A stretch of 64,000 bases of DNA from Candidatus Daviesbacteria bacterium (GCA_016176465.1 JACOXD010000011.1:12318-76317), one strand, 5' to 3'; shown: positions 30,101 through 39,305, counted from the stretch's first letter. Made by a program: numbers and translations. The notes: generated by a model not told the origin, from the letters alone.

Positions 30101-30283
30101 AATATCACCCGTGAGTTTTTTTACAATCAAAGTCCTAAAGTAGCGAAAGTATTGAAGGAAAAATACAACATTAAATATATATATTTAGAAAGGGAAAAAC
30201 TTCCAGCGTTAAATGAGCGAAAATTAAATCTTAAAAAAATATCTGAGAACGAGGAGTTTGTAATTTATCAATTGCTCTATTAA
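27101..30283 (+). CDS. Large membrane protein: extracellular deacetylase/GH-like barrel plus multi-TM GT-C-like domain
   Basis: Signal peptide, ATWLL..DAL, PKSVGAWWID; more than 10 TMs in the C-terminal half. Confidence 0.7.
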   Translation: MMAIKLFLNLFFTLAFFLNFVTTSFAQNSQNNFVNIVNPIRGSDFWEQNFKPTDSISKQYQAIEKEKLSATWLLRYDALKNKEISDLLKTFNQNQEFGILFEVTPTLTKESGVEYRKSPSWHHAASVFLTGYSQEERVKLIDQAFEEFRKTFKVYPKSVGAWWIDSYSLNYMRDKYKIDASLDVADQFSTDGYQVWGQYFSTPFYPSKDDALITPKSKERKIDVVVSQWAARDPYNGYGERVEDSTYSVQSNDYLKFHNLDINYFDKLLDIYTNQPLNDFGQLVIGLENDFDFNDFGIEYQKQLELISQKRSEGKLRVSKLADFAIWYKKNFPDISPTQLVNADDPLGSGGKVLWYQSPFYRLGFFANKSGAFIRDLRVYNDSSKEPCLLNPCSELNFAFTIAKALDDVTHRQKYTLDEGEIKNFRVSKNGTDVILNYTNAANENKSIRLLQQDLEIDGKIHTVSGLIINATSQVPTGPSSKNDLSFPKIPILNLFFDFVKTILLLTLLIYFPGRLLVKKFVPKIGGLNLVPSSIISGFSLFLLGGLLFTFLKVPYLNLIIFSTLGIISLYKYRLSFLQIPKYFFPLLLLLSLGSLTQSSFLFRNGLDYQGLLFFFSEEGINGLVHLSQAVNLNSLSPNASFFSGEIYNRPFLLDLFLSQIKFLDLLDLYFRFLPLIFSFLAGTLIFYITTRLSNRKAGILAVFFYYFAFDFAAKNIFWVKQATLVNTQLNTTFNIILILSAIYLFLLYIGIRNKFLIWLSILSTSFFLIDQLGTLLSFNFTPFWFVKTLLDSPDHLGNFPKATARFVYETKGESLKLAGITLMGLVIFYLGILGVRVLGLLALLRKNHFPKLTFTLLLTSLIFFLIPQFFTYKLFPEEVKQYFYFSIVLNNILLGMFLGSFLHLRLQKLSFAVIGFLIIISLLGSYINLSQKFEESPTIKISSEELSAFNFLKEQKKGGVISLSDNNDFPFMPYFSSNPYFLNGEKYIPLYFENYSQRVNITREFFYNQSPKVAKVLKEKYNIKYIYLEREKLPALNERKLNLKKISENEEFVIYQLLY

Positions 30284-30307
30284 GCTTGCTAGAATAAATT
30301 TCTGCCC

Positions 30308-31468
30308 ATGAAGTTATTTTATTTAAAGAATTTGATTATTAAAAAAGGCTTTTATTTCATCCTGGCTTTGACCTTTTCTCTTGCTGGAAGCTCTATCTAT
30401 TACTACTTTCAGGCCAAGCAAGTTAAGGAAGAGCAAATTGCATTAAGTTCCAGATTAACGAGTCTAACTTCTGATTTTGAAAAAATAAAAAATGAGGACC
30501 AGGTAAAAAGAAATGAAATCTTATCTGATGAGATTAAAAATATCCAAAGCACCTATCAAAAATCATCTAATATTTATGAAAAATTGCTAGATTATCAAGG
30601 AAAAGATATAAAAGTTAAAACTCTTTATGCAAATGCTATTTTTGATTTATCCAAAAAAAACTATGCATCTGCTTCTGCCAAATTGGTAGAAATAGAAAAA
30701 ATCTTATCAAGTGAGCAGATCAAGATAGCCGCAGAATTTAAAATTCCAGCCAATGTTCCCGAAAATAATACTGCTCCCTCTTCCGGCTATGCCAAACAAT
30801 CTGTTAAAACAGATATTGGCACTTTTTTAGTTGACATTATATCAGCAGATTTGGGTTCCACTAGAGTAATAGTAGACAGCGCCTCTGACTCTGACTGCAG
30901 TAATGATTGCCCGGTTTTATCACTTAGTGATTATGTTTCCAGAAATGGTGCATTTGCAGGAGTGAATGGTTCATATTTTTGTCCTGCCGATTATCCAAGC
31001 TGCGCTGATAAGAAAAATTCATATGACACGCTAATTATGAATAAAAACAAGAAATATATTAACTCCGATAATAATGTTTACTCTAAAGTTCCGGCAGTAA
31101 TATTTCTGGAAGGATCTGTGCGATTTGTTGGACAATCACTTGAGTGGGGACGAGATACATCTGTTAATGGAGTTTTGGCAAACTATCCTTTGCTTTTATC
31201 AGGAGGAAATATTGCTTTTGGAGGAGGTTCTGATCCCAAGCAGGGTTCTAAAGGCTCAAGGAGCTTTGTTGGAACTAAAGGTTCGACCATATATATAGGA
31301 GTTGTCCATAACGCCACAGTAGCAGAGGTGGCCCACGTACTTAAAGCTTTAGGAATAGATTATGCTCTAAATTTAGACAGTGGTGGTTCAACTGCACTCT
31401 GGAGTGGTAGCTATAAAGTAGGACCTGGTAGAAATATCCCTAGTGCTATTTTGTTTGTCCATAAGTAG
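30308..31468 (+). CDS. Phosphodiester glycosidase (NAGPA) family protein
   Basis: AGVNGSYF, ALNLDSGGST. Confidence 0.85.
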   Translation: MKLFYLKNLIIKKGFYFILALTFSLAGSSIYYYFQAKQVKEEQIALSSRLTSLTSDFEKIKNEDQVKRNEILSDEIKNIQSTYQKSSNIYEKLLDYQGKDIKVKTLYANAIFDLSKKNYASASAKLVEIEKILSSEQIKIAAEFKIPANVPENNTAPSSGYAKQSVKTDIGTFLVDIISADLGSTRVIVDSASDSDCSNDCPVLSLSDYVSRNGAFAGVNGSYFCPADYPSCADKKNSYDTLIMNKNKKYINSDNNVYSKVPAVIFLEGSVRFVGQSLEWGRDTSVNGVLANYPLLLSGGNIAFGGGSDPKQGSKGSRSFVGTKGSTIYIGVVHNATVAEVAHVLKALGIDYALNLDSGGSTALWSGSYKVGPGRNIPSAILFVHK

Positions 31469-31539
31469 TGTGTAATTCTGGCTTTTAATTTCTAATACAT
31501 TATATCCACTTAGAATAATCCCTAGGTGTCGGCACATTC

Positions 31540-31590
31540 CACCTCCCAGGTGATTGTTCTTGTTTATGCAGGTGATTGTTCTTGTTTATG
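31540..31590. repeat. CACCT-CCC-AGGTG palindrome plus 22-bp tandem duplication
   Basis: CAGGTGATTGTTCTTGTTTATG twice (31547-31590). Confidence 0.85.
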
Positions 31591-31653
31591 TAAATTAAGT
31601 AAGAGTTTAGCAAGGAATTGACTAAAAGCTTAATATCCTCTTTAATTAAAAAT

Positions 31654-32031
31654 ATGAAAAAGCATTTATGGGTTAGAAATGTTGCAACTTTATTAATATT
31701 GGTTCTCTTTTTGTATGGCTACTATAACTTCGTGACAGGAGCTTTTAGCCAAAAAACATCTGATGAGAAAATAAGTTTTAAGATAAATGAACAAGAGAAG
31801 GCTGAGGAACGTTTGGGAACTGTACTGTGGCATAGTGATAACAAAGAGGGAAATTATTCTTATTATTGCTACTTTCCCAAAGCAGGTTATGCCCACAACG
31901 GATTAAAGCAAGAAATTTTAGTTAAAAAGGTAGAAAAATTGAGTGATTGTGATGGGTGGTATGGCATAATTGAGGGAAGGGACGGGAGTTGGCTCTCCCG
32001 CAGTAAAAAATTTTTAATGCCTCATCTATAA
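31654..32031 (+). CDS. Hypothetical membrane-anchored protein
   Basis: N-terminal TM. Confidence 0.6.
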   Translation: MKKHLWVRNVATLLILVLFLYGYYNFVTGAFSQKTSDEKISFKINEQEKAEERLGTVLWHSDNKEGNYSYYCYFPKAGYAHNGLKQEILVKKVEKLSDCDGWYGIIEGRDGSWLSRSKKFLMPHL

Positions 32032-32068
32032 GCTTAATATAGATTTAAATTAAGATATAATAAAATAG

Positions 32069-32728
32069 ATGCTCACTAAAAAATTTCTCCTTTTTTTATC
32101 AATACTTTTATTTATAACCTTTATTCTTTTTTCTTATTTAGTGGCAAAAGAAAAATTTACCCAAATTGATTTTGATACAACAGTTAAGTTTCAGGATAAA
32201 ATAGCCAGAAGGCTTGACGGGCCTCTTTCGATTTTTTCTTTAGTTGGTATGGCAGAGATTACTGGCTTCATTTGGTTTATATTAATTATTTTTTTACTTT
32301 TAAAAAAACATTTTTTATCAGCATTTAGCTTTGGATTATTTCTTTTGGGTCTGATTATAGAACTTTTTGGCAAGCTATTTGTACATCACCCCTCACCTCC
32401 CTTTCTTTTTTATAGAGGAGTTTTTGACTTTGAATTTCCCAGTAACTTTGTCCACACTGATTATTCTTATCCATCAGGTCATGTTTATAGAGCAACTTTT
32501 TTACTGACTTTCTTATTTCTTTATTTTTATTTTAGATTCAAAAGTCCTTATAAGTACTTTTTTTTATCTACGTTTACACTTTTGTTTTTTGGGATGATAG
32601 TTTCCAGAATCTATTTGGGAGAACACTGGACAACAGATGTAGTAGGAGGGGCATTACTTGGTACCTCCCTTGGAATAGTTCCACTTCTTTTTATTCCACT
32701 AAAAACTAAAGTTACTGAGGTAGCTTAA
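32069..32728 (+). CDS. PAP2-family phosphatase
   Basis: K....HP.P, YPSGH, SRIYLGEHWTTDV. Confidence 0.9.
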   Translation: MLTKKFLLFLSILLFITFILFSYLVAKEKFTQIDFDTTVKFQDKIARRLDGPLSIFSLVGMAEITGFIWFILIIFLLLKKHFLSAFSFGLFLLGLIIELFGKLFVHHPSPPFLFYRGVFDFEFPSNFVHTDYSYPSGHVYRATFLLTFLFLYFYFRFKSPYKYFFLSTFTLLFFGMIVSRIYLGEHWTTDVVGGALLGTSLGIVPLLFIPLKTKVTEVA

Positions 32729-33024
32729 ATTCTGGCAGCCTGTAAAGCTGAATAGGTAAATACTATAGCTAATCCTGCGTTACCCAAGTCTCTAAGGAGG
32801 TTCTGGTTTGTTCCTACTCCCTCTACAGAAACCCCAAAAAAATAAGCAGCCGCGGCCGCCAAAGTTGTTACCAGGACAAAACGGACACCATTGTTTAGTG
32901 TTTGTCCATTTCTCCAACCTTGAATTTTCTCTCTTATAAAATTTAAAGGGTAGTCTGCAATCTTAAGCATAGGTTCTAGTCTTCTAATATCAGGCTCTAG
33001 TCTATCCATAACAGATGTAGCCAT
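32725..33024 (-). CDS. Small membrane protein
   Basis: Two TM segments. Confidence 0.55.
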   Translation of the reverse strand: MATSVMDRLEPDIRRLEPMLKIADYPLNFIREKIQGWRNGQTLNNGVRFVLVTTLAAAAAYFFGVSVEGVGTNQNLLRDLGNAGLAIVFTYSALQAARI

Positions 33025-33064
33025 ACAAAGATTTTATCACTTCAAGCAATCAATATCCACATTT

Positions 33065-33103
33065 ACCTCTATACTTAGCGGAAGAGCGTGCATTGCTTCG
33101 GAA
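33065..33103 (+). pseudogene. Degenerate copy of the tRNA-Arg(TCG) 5' half
   Basis: ACCTCTATACTTAGCGGAAGAGCG...CTTCGGAA aligns to 33569-33607. Confidence 0.65.
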
Positions 33104-33143
33104 AATTAATTGACTTCAAAGTCAATTTAGATTAAACTTAGCT

Positions 33144-33578
33144 ATGAGAAAGTGTACACGTTGCCAAAAAGAAAAGTCGTTAGAGGAGTTTAATTATAAA
33201 GTTAAGTCCAAAGATTTGAGGCAATATCATTGCAAAGATTGCAGCCGCCTATATGTACGTTCACATTATGAAAGAAATAGAGAATACTATTTAGTAAAAG
33301 CACATCGTAGGAACCAAAAAATTAGGAGAGAAATTCGAAATTACGTTTGGCGTTATTTAACAAATCATCCATGCATTGATTGTGGCGAAACAGATCCAAT
33401 AGTATTAGAATTTGATCACATAAAAGATAAAAGTTTTACAATTTCCTCAGTAGGAAGAGATAAGCGATTGGCGGAAGTTCAAAATGAGATAGAAAAGTGT
33501 GAAGTTAGATGCGCAAATTGTCACCGCCGAAAAACAGCATTACAATTTAGTTGGAATAAAAATTATTTGCCTCTGTAG
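33144..33578 (+). CDS. HNH-type endonuclease with Zn fingers
   Basis: CTRC, CKDC, CIDCGE.D..VLEFDH, CANCHR; stop codon inside the tRNA. Confidence 0.85.
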   Translation: MRKCTRCQKEKSLEEFNYKVKSKDLRQYHCKDCSRLYVRSHYERNREYYLVKAHRRNQKIRREIRNYVWRYLTNHPCIDCGETDPIVLEFDHIKDKSFTISSVGRDKRLAEVQNEIEKCEVRCANCHRRKTALQFSWNKNYLPL

Positions 33579-33643
33579 CTTAACGGATAGAGCACTGGTC
33601 TTCGGAACCAGGTTTTGTGCGGGTTCGATTCCTGCCAGAGGCG
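33569..33643 (+). tRNA. tRNA-Arg(TCG)
   Basis: GCCTCTG/CAGAGGC acceptor, CTGGT-CTTCGGA-ACCAG, GGTTCGATTCC. Confidence 0.93.
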
Positions 33644-34516
33644 CTAAACAAGGGCAACCACTCTAAGAGGCTTTTCTGATCTTGTTACTATTATCTCATC
33701 CCTATTTTCTCTAATTAGATCCCCATCTAAAAATAAGTGATTATTGGCATTCCTTGCTGAAAACTCTTTTGATGTTTCAAAGTTAAGCACTCCAGGACTT
33801 GGGGCTCTCCCTAGGCTAAACGCTGCTAATGTTCTAAATAATTTAGCAATTCTTTCCCATTTTGAACCTTCTTTAATACTAACCCTGGTTAACTCTTCCC
33901 CAAAAGGATCTTGCCATGGTGCAATGGGAACGAACCCAAAAAAAGGAGTAGTTAAAAACATCTCCATTAATGGCAAACCTTCATTTGCTTTGAACAAAGA
34001 TTCAACTAATCCCCCAAAATAGGAAGCTCCTAACCGCAGTTTTCCAGGTACTAAAGGTATTGCTCTAACAATACTATTTACCTTTGCAACAGTTCCATCA
34101 TATTGGCTAAAGCTTGCAGTGTTACCAAAAGTCCTATCCCCAGCTATTCCTACCCTGAATTTTGGAAAGTAAGTTAGCTCACTTAGATCATATCCAATAA
34201 AATCATCCGCTGTCATAGCTATACACTCATTATAAAGGGCTTGAAATAAAACATTATTGGTTCCCATAGGTTTGATGCCTACAAAAGGAGGGGCTTCTGA
34301 ATTTGCCCATTGTTGCAAACAATCCCTAATAGTTTCATTTCCTCCTATAATTAAAGCTCGATTTGGTATTCCGTTAGGGTAGGCATTTGCTGAAAATTGC
34401 AGTTGGACAGAAGATGGGTTAGCGCTACTTTCTCTGGCAATCTCTAAATATCTAGCTGCCATTTTTGCAACTTCATAACCTGCACCGGCACTTATATATA
34501 TTCCTAGCTCAATCAT
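33644..34516 (-). CDS. Diacylglycerol kinase-like protein (divergent)
   Basis: AGAG, IIGGNETI, PMGTNN, LDGD resemble YegS/DAGK motifs. Confidence 0.6.
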   Translation of the reverse strand: MIELGIYISAGAGYEVAKMAARYLEIARESSANPSSVQLQFSANAYPNGIPNRALIIGGNETIRDCLQQWANSEAPPFVGIKPMGTNNVLFQALYNECIAMTADDFIGYDLSELTYFPKFRVGIAGDRTFGNTASFSQYDGTVAKVNSIVRAIPLVPGKLRLGASYFGGLVESLFKANEGLPLMEMFLTTPFFGFVPIAPWQDPFGEELTRVSIKEGSKWERIAKLFRTLAAFSLGRAPSPGVLNFETSKEFSARNANNHLFLDGDLIRENRDEIIVTRSEKPLRVVALV

Positions 34517-34609
34517 AGAAGAAAGTATAACAAATTCTTACGCGAACAGATAAAAGTAATAAGTTTTTGATAAAATTAACAAATATAGGTTAAAGTGGTT
34601 TGCTACGAT

Positions 34610-34682
34610 GGGCCGCTAGCTCAATTGGCAGAGCAACTCCCTCTTAAGGAGTAGGTTCTCGGTTCAATCCCGAGGCGGCTCA
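34610..34682 (+). tRNA. tRNA-Lys(CTT)
   Basis: GGGCCGC/GCGGCTC acceptor, ACTCC-CTCTTAA-GGAGT. Confidence 0.93.
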
Positions 34683-34768
34683 CACTTCACCATTTTCTCG
34701 AGGTGTTATACCTGTATAGCCTCCAAGGAATGTTACTCAAATTTACACAAAAACCTCTAACTTAGTTC

Positions 34769-35497
34769 TTATTCGTTTTCGTGGAGAGTCTTTGTTAGGT
34801 CGTTCGGATAACCTAAATGAATCCAAGGAGATGTATAACGCTCTCCAATCAATGGGTACTGTGCTTCAAATGCCTTCCTGACAACAGGAGAGATGCCACC
34901 TTGTGGCGGTGTAGGGAATTTTCTTATAAAGTCGAACATTCTTTTATCGCTTGCATAGAAATTTAAGTCGCGGAGGAAGGGATAGAGAGGTGTGTTCGGT
35001 GGAGGATGGAGAAACTCGATAACATCAATTCCTCGTAGCCTAGCTACCGCATGAGTATCAATAACCTCAAGACGGGGTGAGAGTGCCATGGCAATACTTG
35101 CTTTTGACGTCTCAAAAAGTGAGAGTGTGCGTTCATACGCACCAGGATAGGCAATAACATCTCCAGGTAATGAAATATAATTACCTTTTGTATATTCTTC
35201 CATATTCAGATATGCACCACAAATACCTTTTGTCGTATCATCAGGTACATATGTAACAGTTATCTTATTCGGTTTGTTTTTATCAACGTATTCTTTGACC
35301 TGGCTTGCTTTATAGGCAACAGCTATTTTTACGTCAACTGACCCAAATGCTGCTACAAGCGATTCAAGAATATGACCAAGCACTGCCTTCTCCTCTATAG
35401 GGAGAAGGCATTTTTGAGTTTCCCTTGCAGCTTCACCCATGCGCTTTCCATAGCCGCCAGCCATAATAAGTGCTTCAGCTTCATGTAACATAATCAT
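34769..35497 (-). CDS. Nucleotidyltransferase (NTP_transferase family)
   Basis: IMAGGYGKRM..QKCLLPI, GD, WIHLG. Confidence 0.85.
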   Translation of the reverse strand: MIMLHEAEALIMAGGYGKRMGEAARETQKCLLPIEEKAVLGHILESLVAAFGSVDVKIAVAYKASQVKEYVDKNKPNKITVTYVPDDTTKGICGAYLNMEEYTKGNYISLPGDVIAYPGAYERTLSLFETSKASIAMALSPRLEVIDTHAVARLRGIDVIEFLHPPPNTPLYPFLRDLNFYASDKRMFDFIRKFPTPPQGGISPVVRKAFEAQYPLIGERYTSPWIHLGYPNDLTKTLHENE

Positions 35498-35611
35498 GCA
35501 TTATAGTCTTGCTAACCATACTAGTTAATCACACTCTAGGATTATTAGGTAACACCATATCTATGTTGGAATACCTAGTTTTATTGTATGAAATATGCTA
35601 TTAAGAATGGT

Positions 35612-36064
35612 ATGAGGTGTCTTTCATGCGATTCGCTTTCAGGGAAAACCCCGATTCTTATGGGGTCGCGAATTTATGATGGAAACTACTGGGTCATCGA
35701 GCATGCTTACCCTGTGCGCTTGAAGGGATGGCTTGTTATTGTGTTAAAGCGTCATGCGGAAGCCTTACATGAGTTAACAAAAGAAGAATTTGAAGAGCTG
35801 GCCGCGCTTCAGGAAAAAGTAACAAAGACACTTTTTGCTGTTTTAGGGGTTGAAAAAGAGTACTCATTGTGTCTTGCAGAAGGAAATTATTTTCACCATA
35901 TCCATTTTCATCAGATTGGCATACCAAAAAATTTGCCTGATAAATACAAGGGGCCGAAGGTTTTTGGATTGATGCACGAGAAACCCATTGCAGAAAAAGA
36001 AATTATTGCTTTTTGCAGAAAATTGCAAAAGATCATAGCAGAAAATATTGTTTCTAACAAATAG
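35612..36064 (+). CDS. HIT-family protein
   Basis: CLSC, KRH, HIHFH. Confidence 0.85.
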   Translation: MRCLSCDSLSGKTPILMGSRIYDGNYWVIEHAYPVRLKGWLVIVLKRHAEALHELTKEEFEELAALQEKVTKTLFAVLGVEKEYSLCLAEGNYFHHIHFHQIGIPKNLPDKYKGPKVFGLMHEKPIAEKEIIAFCRKLQKIIAENIVSNK

Positions 36065-36256
36065 CCCCGCAATATTTTGTTTGCAAAAAGGCATCTTGGG
36101 AGTATTTATGGCAATTTATGCGCTTGTATCCTTATGGAATGAAGACTTAAAAGTAAAGCGTCTGTCTCCAATTCAATTGTTGGAGGAGGACTGTCAGGTT
36201 TCCTAAATGATCAGAAAAGAAAATTATCTTGCACACACCAGGTGTGTGATTGAATT

Positions 36257-36544
36257 ATGAGAAAGCACTTTATTATATTTTTCTTGGATGATTTTCATCG
36301 TGGTGCAGTTAACCATGTAGTTCATTTTATTGGATTTACTATTTTAGGGTATGGGTTAGGTAAGCCAAGTTTGTTTTTGATAATTGTCTCTCCATTTATT
36401 ATGGAGTTGGGACATCTTTATAATTATTTTAGAGGAATACATAAAGAACATGCTTTAAAAATCATTCCCTTACAGCTCATCGCCTGGATAATATTTGTTT
36501 TAGTGGGTTATTGGATTGCAAAATCTTTTGATAATTTATTATGA
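36257..36544 (+). CDS. Small membrane protein (DUF962/Mpo1-like)
   Basis: H...N...HFIG...ELGH. Confidence 0.6.
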   Translation: MRKHFIIFFLDDFHRGAVNHVVHFIGFTILGYGLGKPSLFLIIVSPFIMELGHLYNYFRGIHKEHALKIIPLQLIAWIIFVLVGYWIAKSFDNLL

Positions 36545-36908
36545 AATTAACAATTCACTTGGAGGATTAAATGGAAAAGTTGCTGAGAACGGCAAAAATT
36601 TAAGCGGTGGACAAGCACAAAGAATAGCAGTAGCAAGGTTGATATTAAAATCTCCAGAACTTTTTATTTTTGATGAGGCAACATCAGCACTAGATAATAC
36701 TAGTGAAGTTTTAATCCAGAAAAATATAGAACAATTATTTAAAAATAAAACTATGATTACTATCGCTCATAGATTAACTACTTTAAAAAATAGTGATCGG
36801 ATTTTAGTATTTGATAAAGGAAAAATTGTCCAGGAAGGAAACTTTAACGAACTTGCAAATAAAGAAGGGTTATTCCAAAATTTCTTAAAACAAAAGGCAA
36901 CTAGCTAA
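36540..36908 (+). pseudogene. C-terminal fragment of an ABC exporter ATPase
   Basis: LSGGQAQR, FDEATSALD, IAHRL present; Walker A and TMD absent. Confidence 0.8.
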
Positions 36909-36911
36909 GTT

Positions 36912-37280
36912 ATGAAAGTAAAAAGTATTAGTTGGTTAGGAGTAAGAACAAATAAATTTAATGAGATGTGTAAATTTTATGAGGAGGTTTTTAAACTTCC
37001 TAAAGTTTTCTCTGAACCTGGTTTTGCTGCTTATAAATTTCCAAATGGAGATTTAATAGAAATATTTGCGGAAAGTTATGAATCTCATAAGCTCTTTAAT
37101 ACTGGACCTGTTCCTGGCTTTGAAGTGGAAAATATAGAGCAAGCTAGGGAAGAGATGGAAAAATTAGGAATAGAATTTATTGGGCCAATTGAGGAGGATA
37201 AAGATAATGGCAATAAATGGAGCCACTTTAGGCATTTAGATGGAAATATTTATGAGCTTTCACAAAGGGGAAAAAGTTAA
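36912..37280 (+). CDS. VOC/glyoxalase-family protein
   Basis: KFYEEVF, GFEVEN, F...DGNIYEL. Confidence 0.85.
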   Translation: MKVKSISWLGVRTNKFNEMCKFYEEVFKLPKVFSEPGFAAYKFPNGDLIEIFAESYESHKLFNTGPVPGFEVENIEQAREEMEKLGIEFIGPIEEDKDNGNKWSHFRHLDGNIYELSQRGKS

Positions 37281-38677
37281 TTTAATTCTGGGAACTGCAG
37301 TGGCAAAATTTTATTTAAACTATCCTCTACTTTTTTAAGATATACTATATTAAATTTGGGGAAATATAAAAAAGTTGCAGGAGCATCATCTTGCAGTATT
37401 TTTTGAAAATCATAATACCTTAATTTTCTTTCCTTCTGATCTGTAATTTTTCTACCGTCCTCTAAATTTTTGTCTACTCTGGCTGAAAAGTTAGATGTTT
37501 TGCTGTTATACCTTGAGATATTAGTTTGGCTTTGGGTTGAGTGCCAAAGTGAATATTGGTCAGGATCAGAAGGTATATTTTGGGCAATTAATAATGCTTG
37601 GTAGTTTTGGGGTATACCACTTTCTACTTGTAACCTTGCCTTTATTCCTTGTTTCTTCCACTCTTTAATTACCTGCTCTCCCACTTCTTTTAAATTAGTT
37701 GTTACTGTCAAAGTTATTGTGGAGGAAGCCCCGTTTTTTACTTTCTCCAATGCTTCGTCAGATTCCTTTGGTTTGCTTAAAAATTCTCTTACTTCATCAT
37801 TGTATGCCCAAGAGGATTGAGGGATAGAAGTTTTTGCTGCTGTCTCTCCCTTAATTTTTGGAGCAGCATAACTTAAGGCCAACCTAAAATTTTTATCAGA
37901 CAAAACTTCGTCTTGAGTGTTATAAAAAATCGCTACAATCCTTTGAAAGTTTGTTTTTGACCAAGAGGTAAAAGGTTTTTGATCGTTAAAATCGGAGGTA
38001 GAATTTACTGCGATCAAACTTTGGATTTCTCCCATCTGCAGGGCATTTTTAGCAATTTTTTCATTAGGATAAAATCTAATGACTACGTTTGGTAAACTAT
38101 AGTCATCGTTTGTTAAAACAATTTTATTTATAAAAACTTTATTACGGGGATCTTTATATAGATTGGCCACTTTATAGGGCCCAATACCCACTAGAGAGCC
38201 TTCCTTTAGTATTGGTCTTGTAAGTAAAGATGGAAGTGGGCTAAAAGAGTCCAAAAGTTCAAATTTAATGGTTAAATCATTAGGATAGGTTATTTTGACA
38301 TCTTCTATTGCTACCCCTAGCTGGGATGATTTTACTGAGTTTCCATCACTCCATTTCAAATCCTTTTTCAAATTAAATGTGTATACCTTAGCATCTTCGC
38401 TTACCTGCCAATTATTTACCAAATTTGCTTTTGGGGACCCTTTATCATCCATAATAACCAAACCCTTAGATAAAAGGTTGGTTACAGCTTGGGGGATATC
38501 ATTTTCAGTATATGTTCCAACAATCCCTTGGGTAATTGTTTTTCTAAATACTTTTTCCTTAAAGTACCAAAAAGCACCGGTCGCGACAGTAATTACAATT
38601 ATTACAAGTAAAAGTGTGCGAAAATGCCGTTTTAAATATCTAAAGAAAAGGTAGAGAAAAAAATTAATATTCCTCAC
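37277..38677 (-). CDS. ABC transporter substrate-binding protein, family 5
   Basis: YTFNLK..LKWSDG, GIGPY, DPDQYSLWHS. Confidence 0.88.
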   Translation of the reverse strand: MRNINFFLYLFFRYLKRHFRTLLLVIIVITVATGAFWYFKEKVFRKTITQGIVGTYTENDIPQAVTNLLSKGLVIMDDKGSPKANLVNNWQVSEDAKVYTFNLKKDLKWSDGNSVKSSQLGVAIEDVKITYPNDLTIKFELLDSFSPLPSLLTRPILKEGSLVGIGPYKVANLYKDPRNKVFINKIVLTNDDYSLPNVVIRFYPNEKIAKNALQMGEIQSLIAVNSTSDFNDQKPFTSWSKTNFQRIVAIFYNTQDEVLSDKNFRLALSYAAPKIKGETAAKTSIPQSSWAYNDEVREFLSKPKESDEALEKVKNGASSTITLTVTTNLKEVGEQVIKEWKKQGIKARLQVESGIPQNYQALLIAQNIPSDPDQYSLWHSTQSQTNISRYNSKTSNFSARVDKNLEDGRKITDQKERKLRYYDFQKILQDDAPATFLYFPKFNIVYLKKVEDSLNKILPLQFPELN

Positions 38678-38892
38678 AGTATTACTGAAATTGTGGAAAC
38701 TATTAAAAAGACTGATGCAATTATAATAGTCAAAATAAAAAGAAGTTTTTCTGCACCCCTTTTAGTTCCATAAAAGCCCATATCCCCTCCAAAGGTGGTG
38801 CCAATTCCTGAACCTCTTGATTGTAAAAGGATTAAAGCAACCAGAATTATTGCTAATATTATTTGGATTAAATAAAAAAATTGTTTAACCAT
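38674..38892 (-). CDS. secG: Preprotein translocase SecG
   Basis: ILLQSRGSGIG..FGG...RGAEKLL. Confidence 0.92.
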   Translation of the reverse strand: MVKQFFYLIQIILAIILVALILLQSRGSGIGTTFGGDMGFYGTKRGAEKLLFILTIIIASVFLIVSTISVIL

Positions 38893-38893
38893 T

Positions 38894-39298
38894 TTACTTT
38901 TTTACTAGCCAGTAAATAAAATGCGTTGTTAATCCTATCACGAATGAAGCCAAAATTGCTACATGCAACGTGTTTAGATCCAAAGGAGGGATTAAAATCC
39001 CATTTAAGCTTACTCCTTCAAAATGAAAAGGAACTATTTTAAACTCAGAAACTATAGCAGTTAAAAAATACAAGGCTAATACATTTACTGCCCAAGAAAA
39101 AAGTCCCAAAGTTAGCAAGTTAAGCGGTAAAAACATTAATCTTAAAACAGGAACCACAAAAAAATTAATTCCCATAAAAACTATAGATGCTAGAAGCAAG
39201 GTCTGAAACCCACCCTCTAAAACTAATCCAGGAAGTATTTTAGTAGCTAAAAGTAGAGCAACTAAATTAATGAGTAAATGGCGAAGTATTCCTTTCAC
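38894..39298 (-). CDS. Phage-holin-family (4 TMS) membrane protein
   Basis: PLNLLTLGLF motif. Confidence 0.85.
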   Translation of the reverse strand: MKGILRHLLINLVALLLATKILPGLVLEGGFQTLLLASIVFMGINFFVVPVLRLMFLPLNLLTLGLFSWAVNVLALYFLTAIVSEFKIVPFHFEGVSLNGILIPPLDLNTLHVAILASFVIGLTTHFIYWLVKK

Positions 39299-39305
39299 AA
39301 ATTAA

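Noticed and set aside
38894-39298. Holin-family gene as evidence of a prophage
   Set aside because: It sits in the housekeeping uvrC-secG-SBP run with no phage genes nearby.
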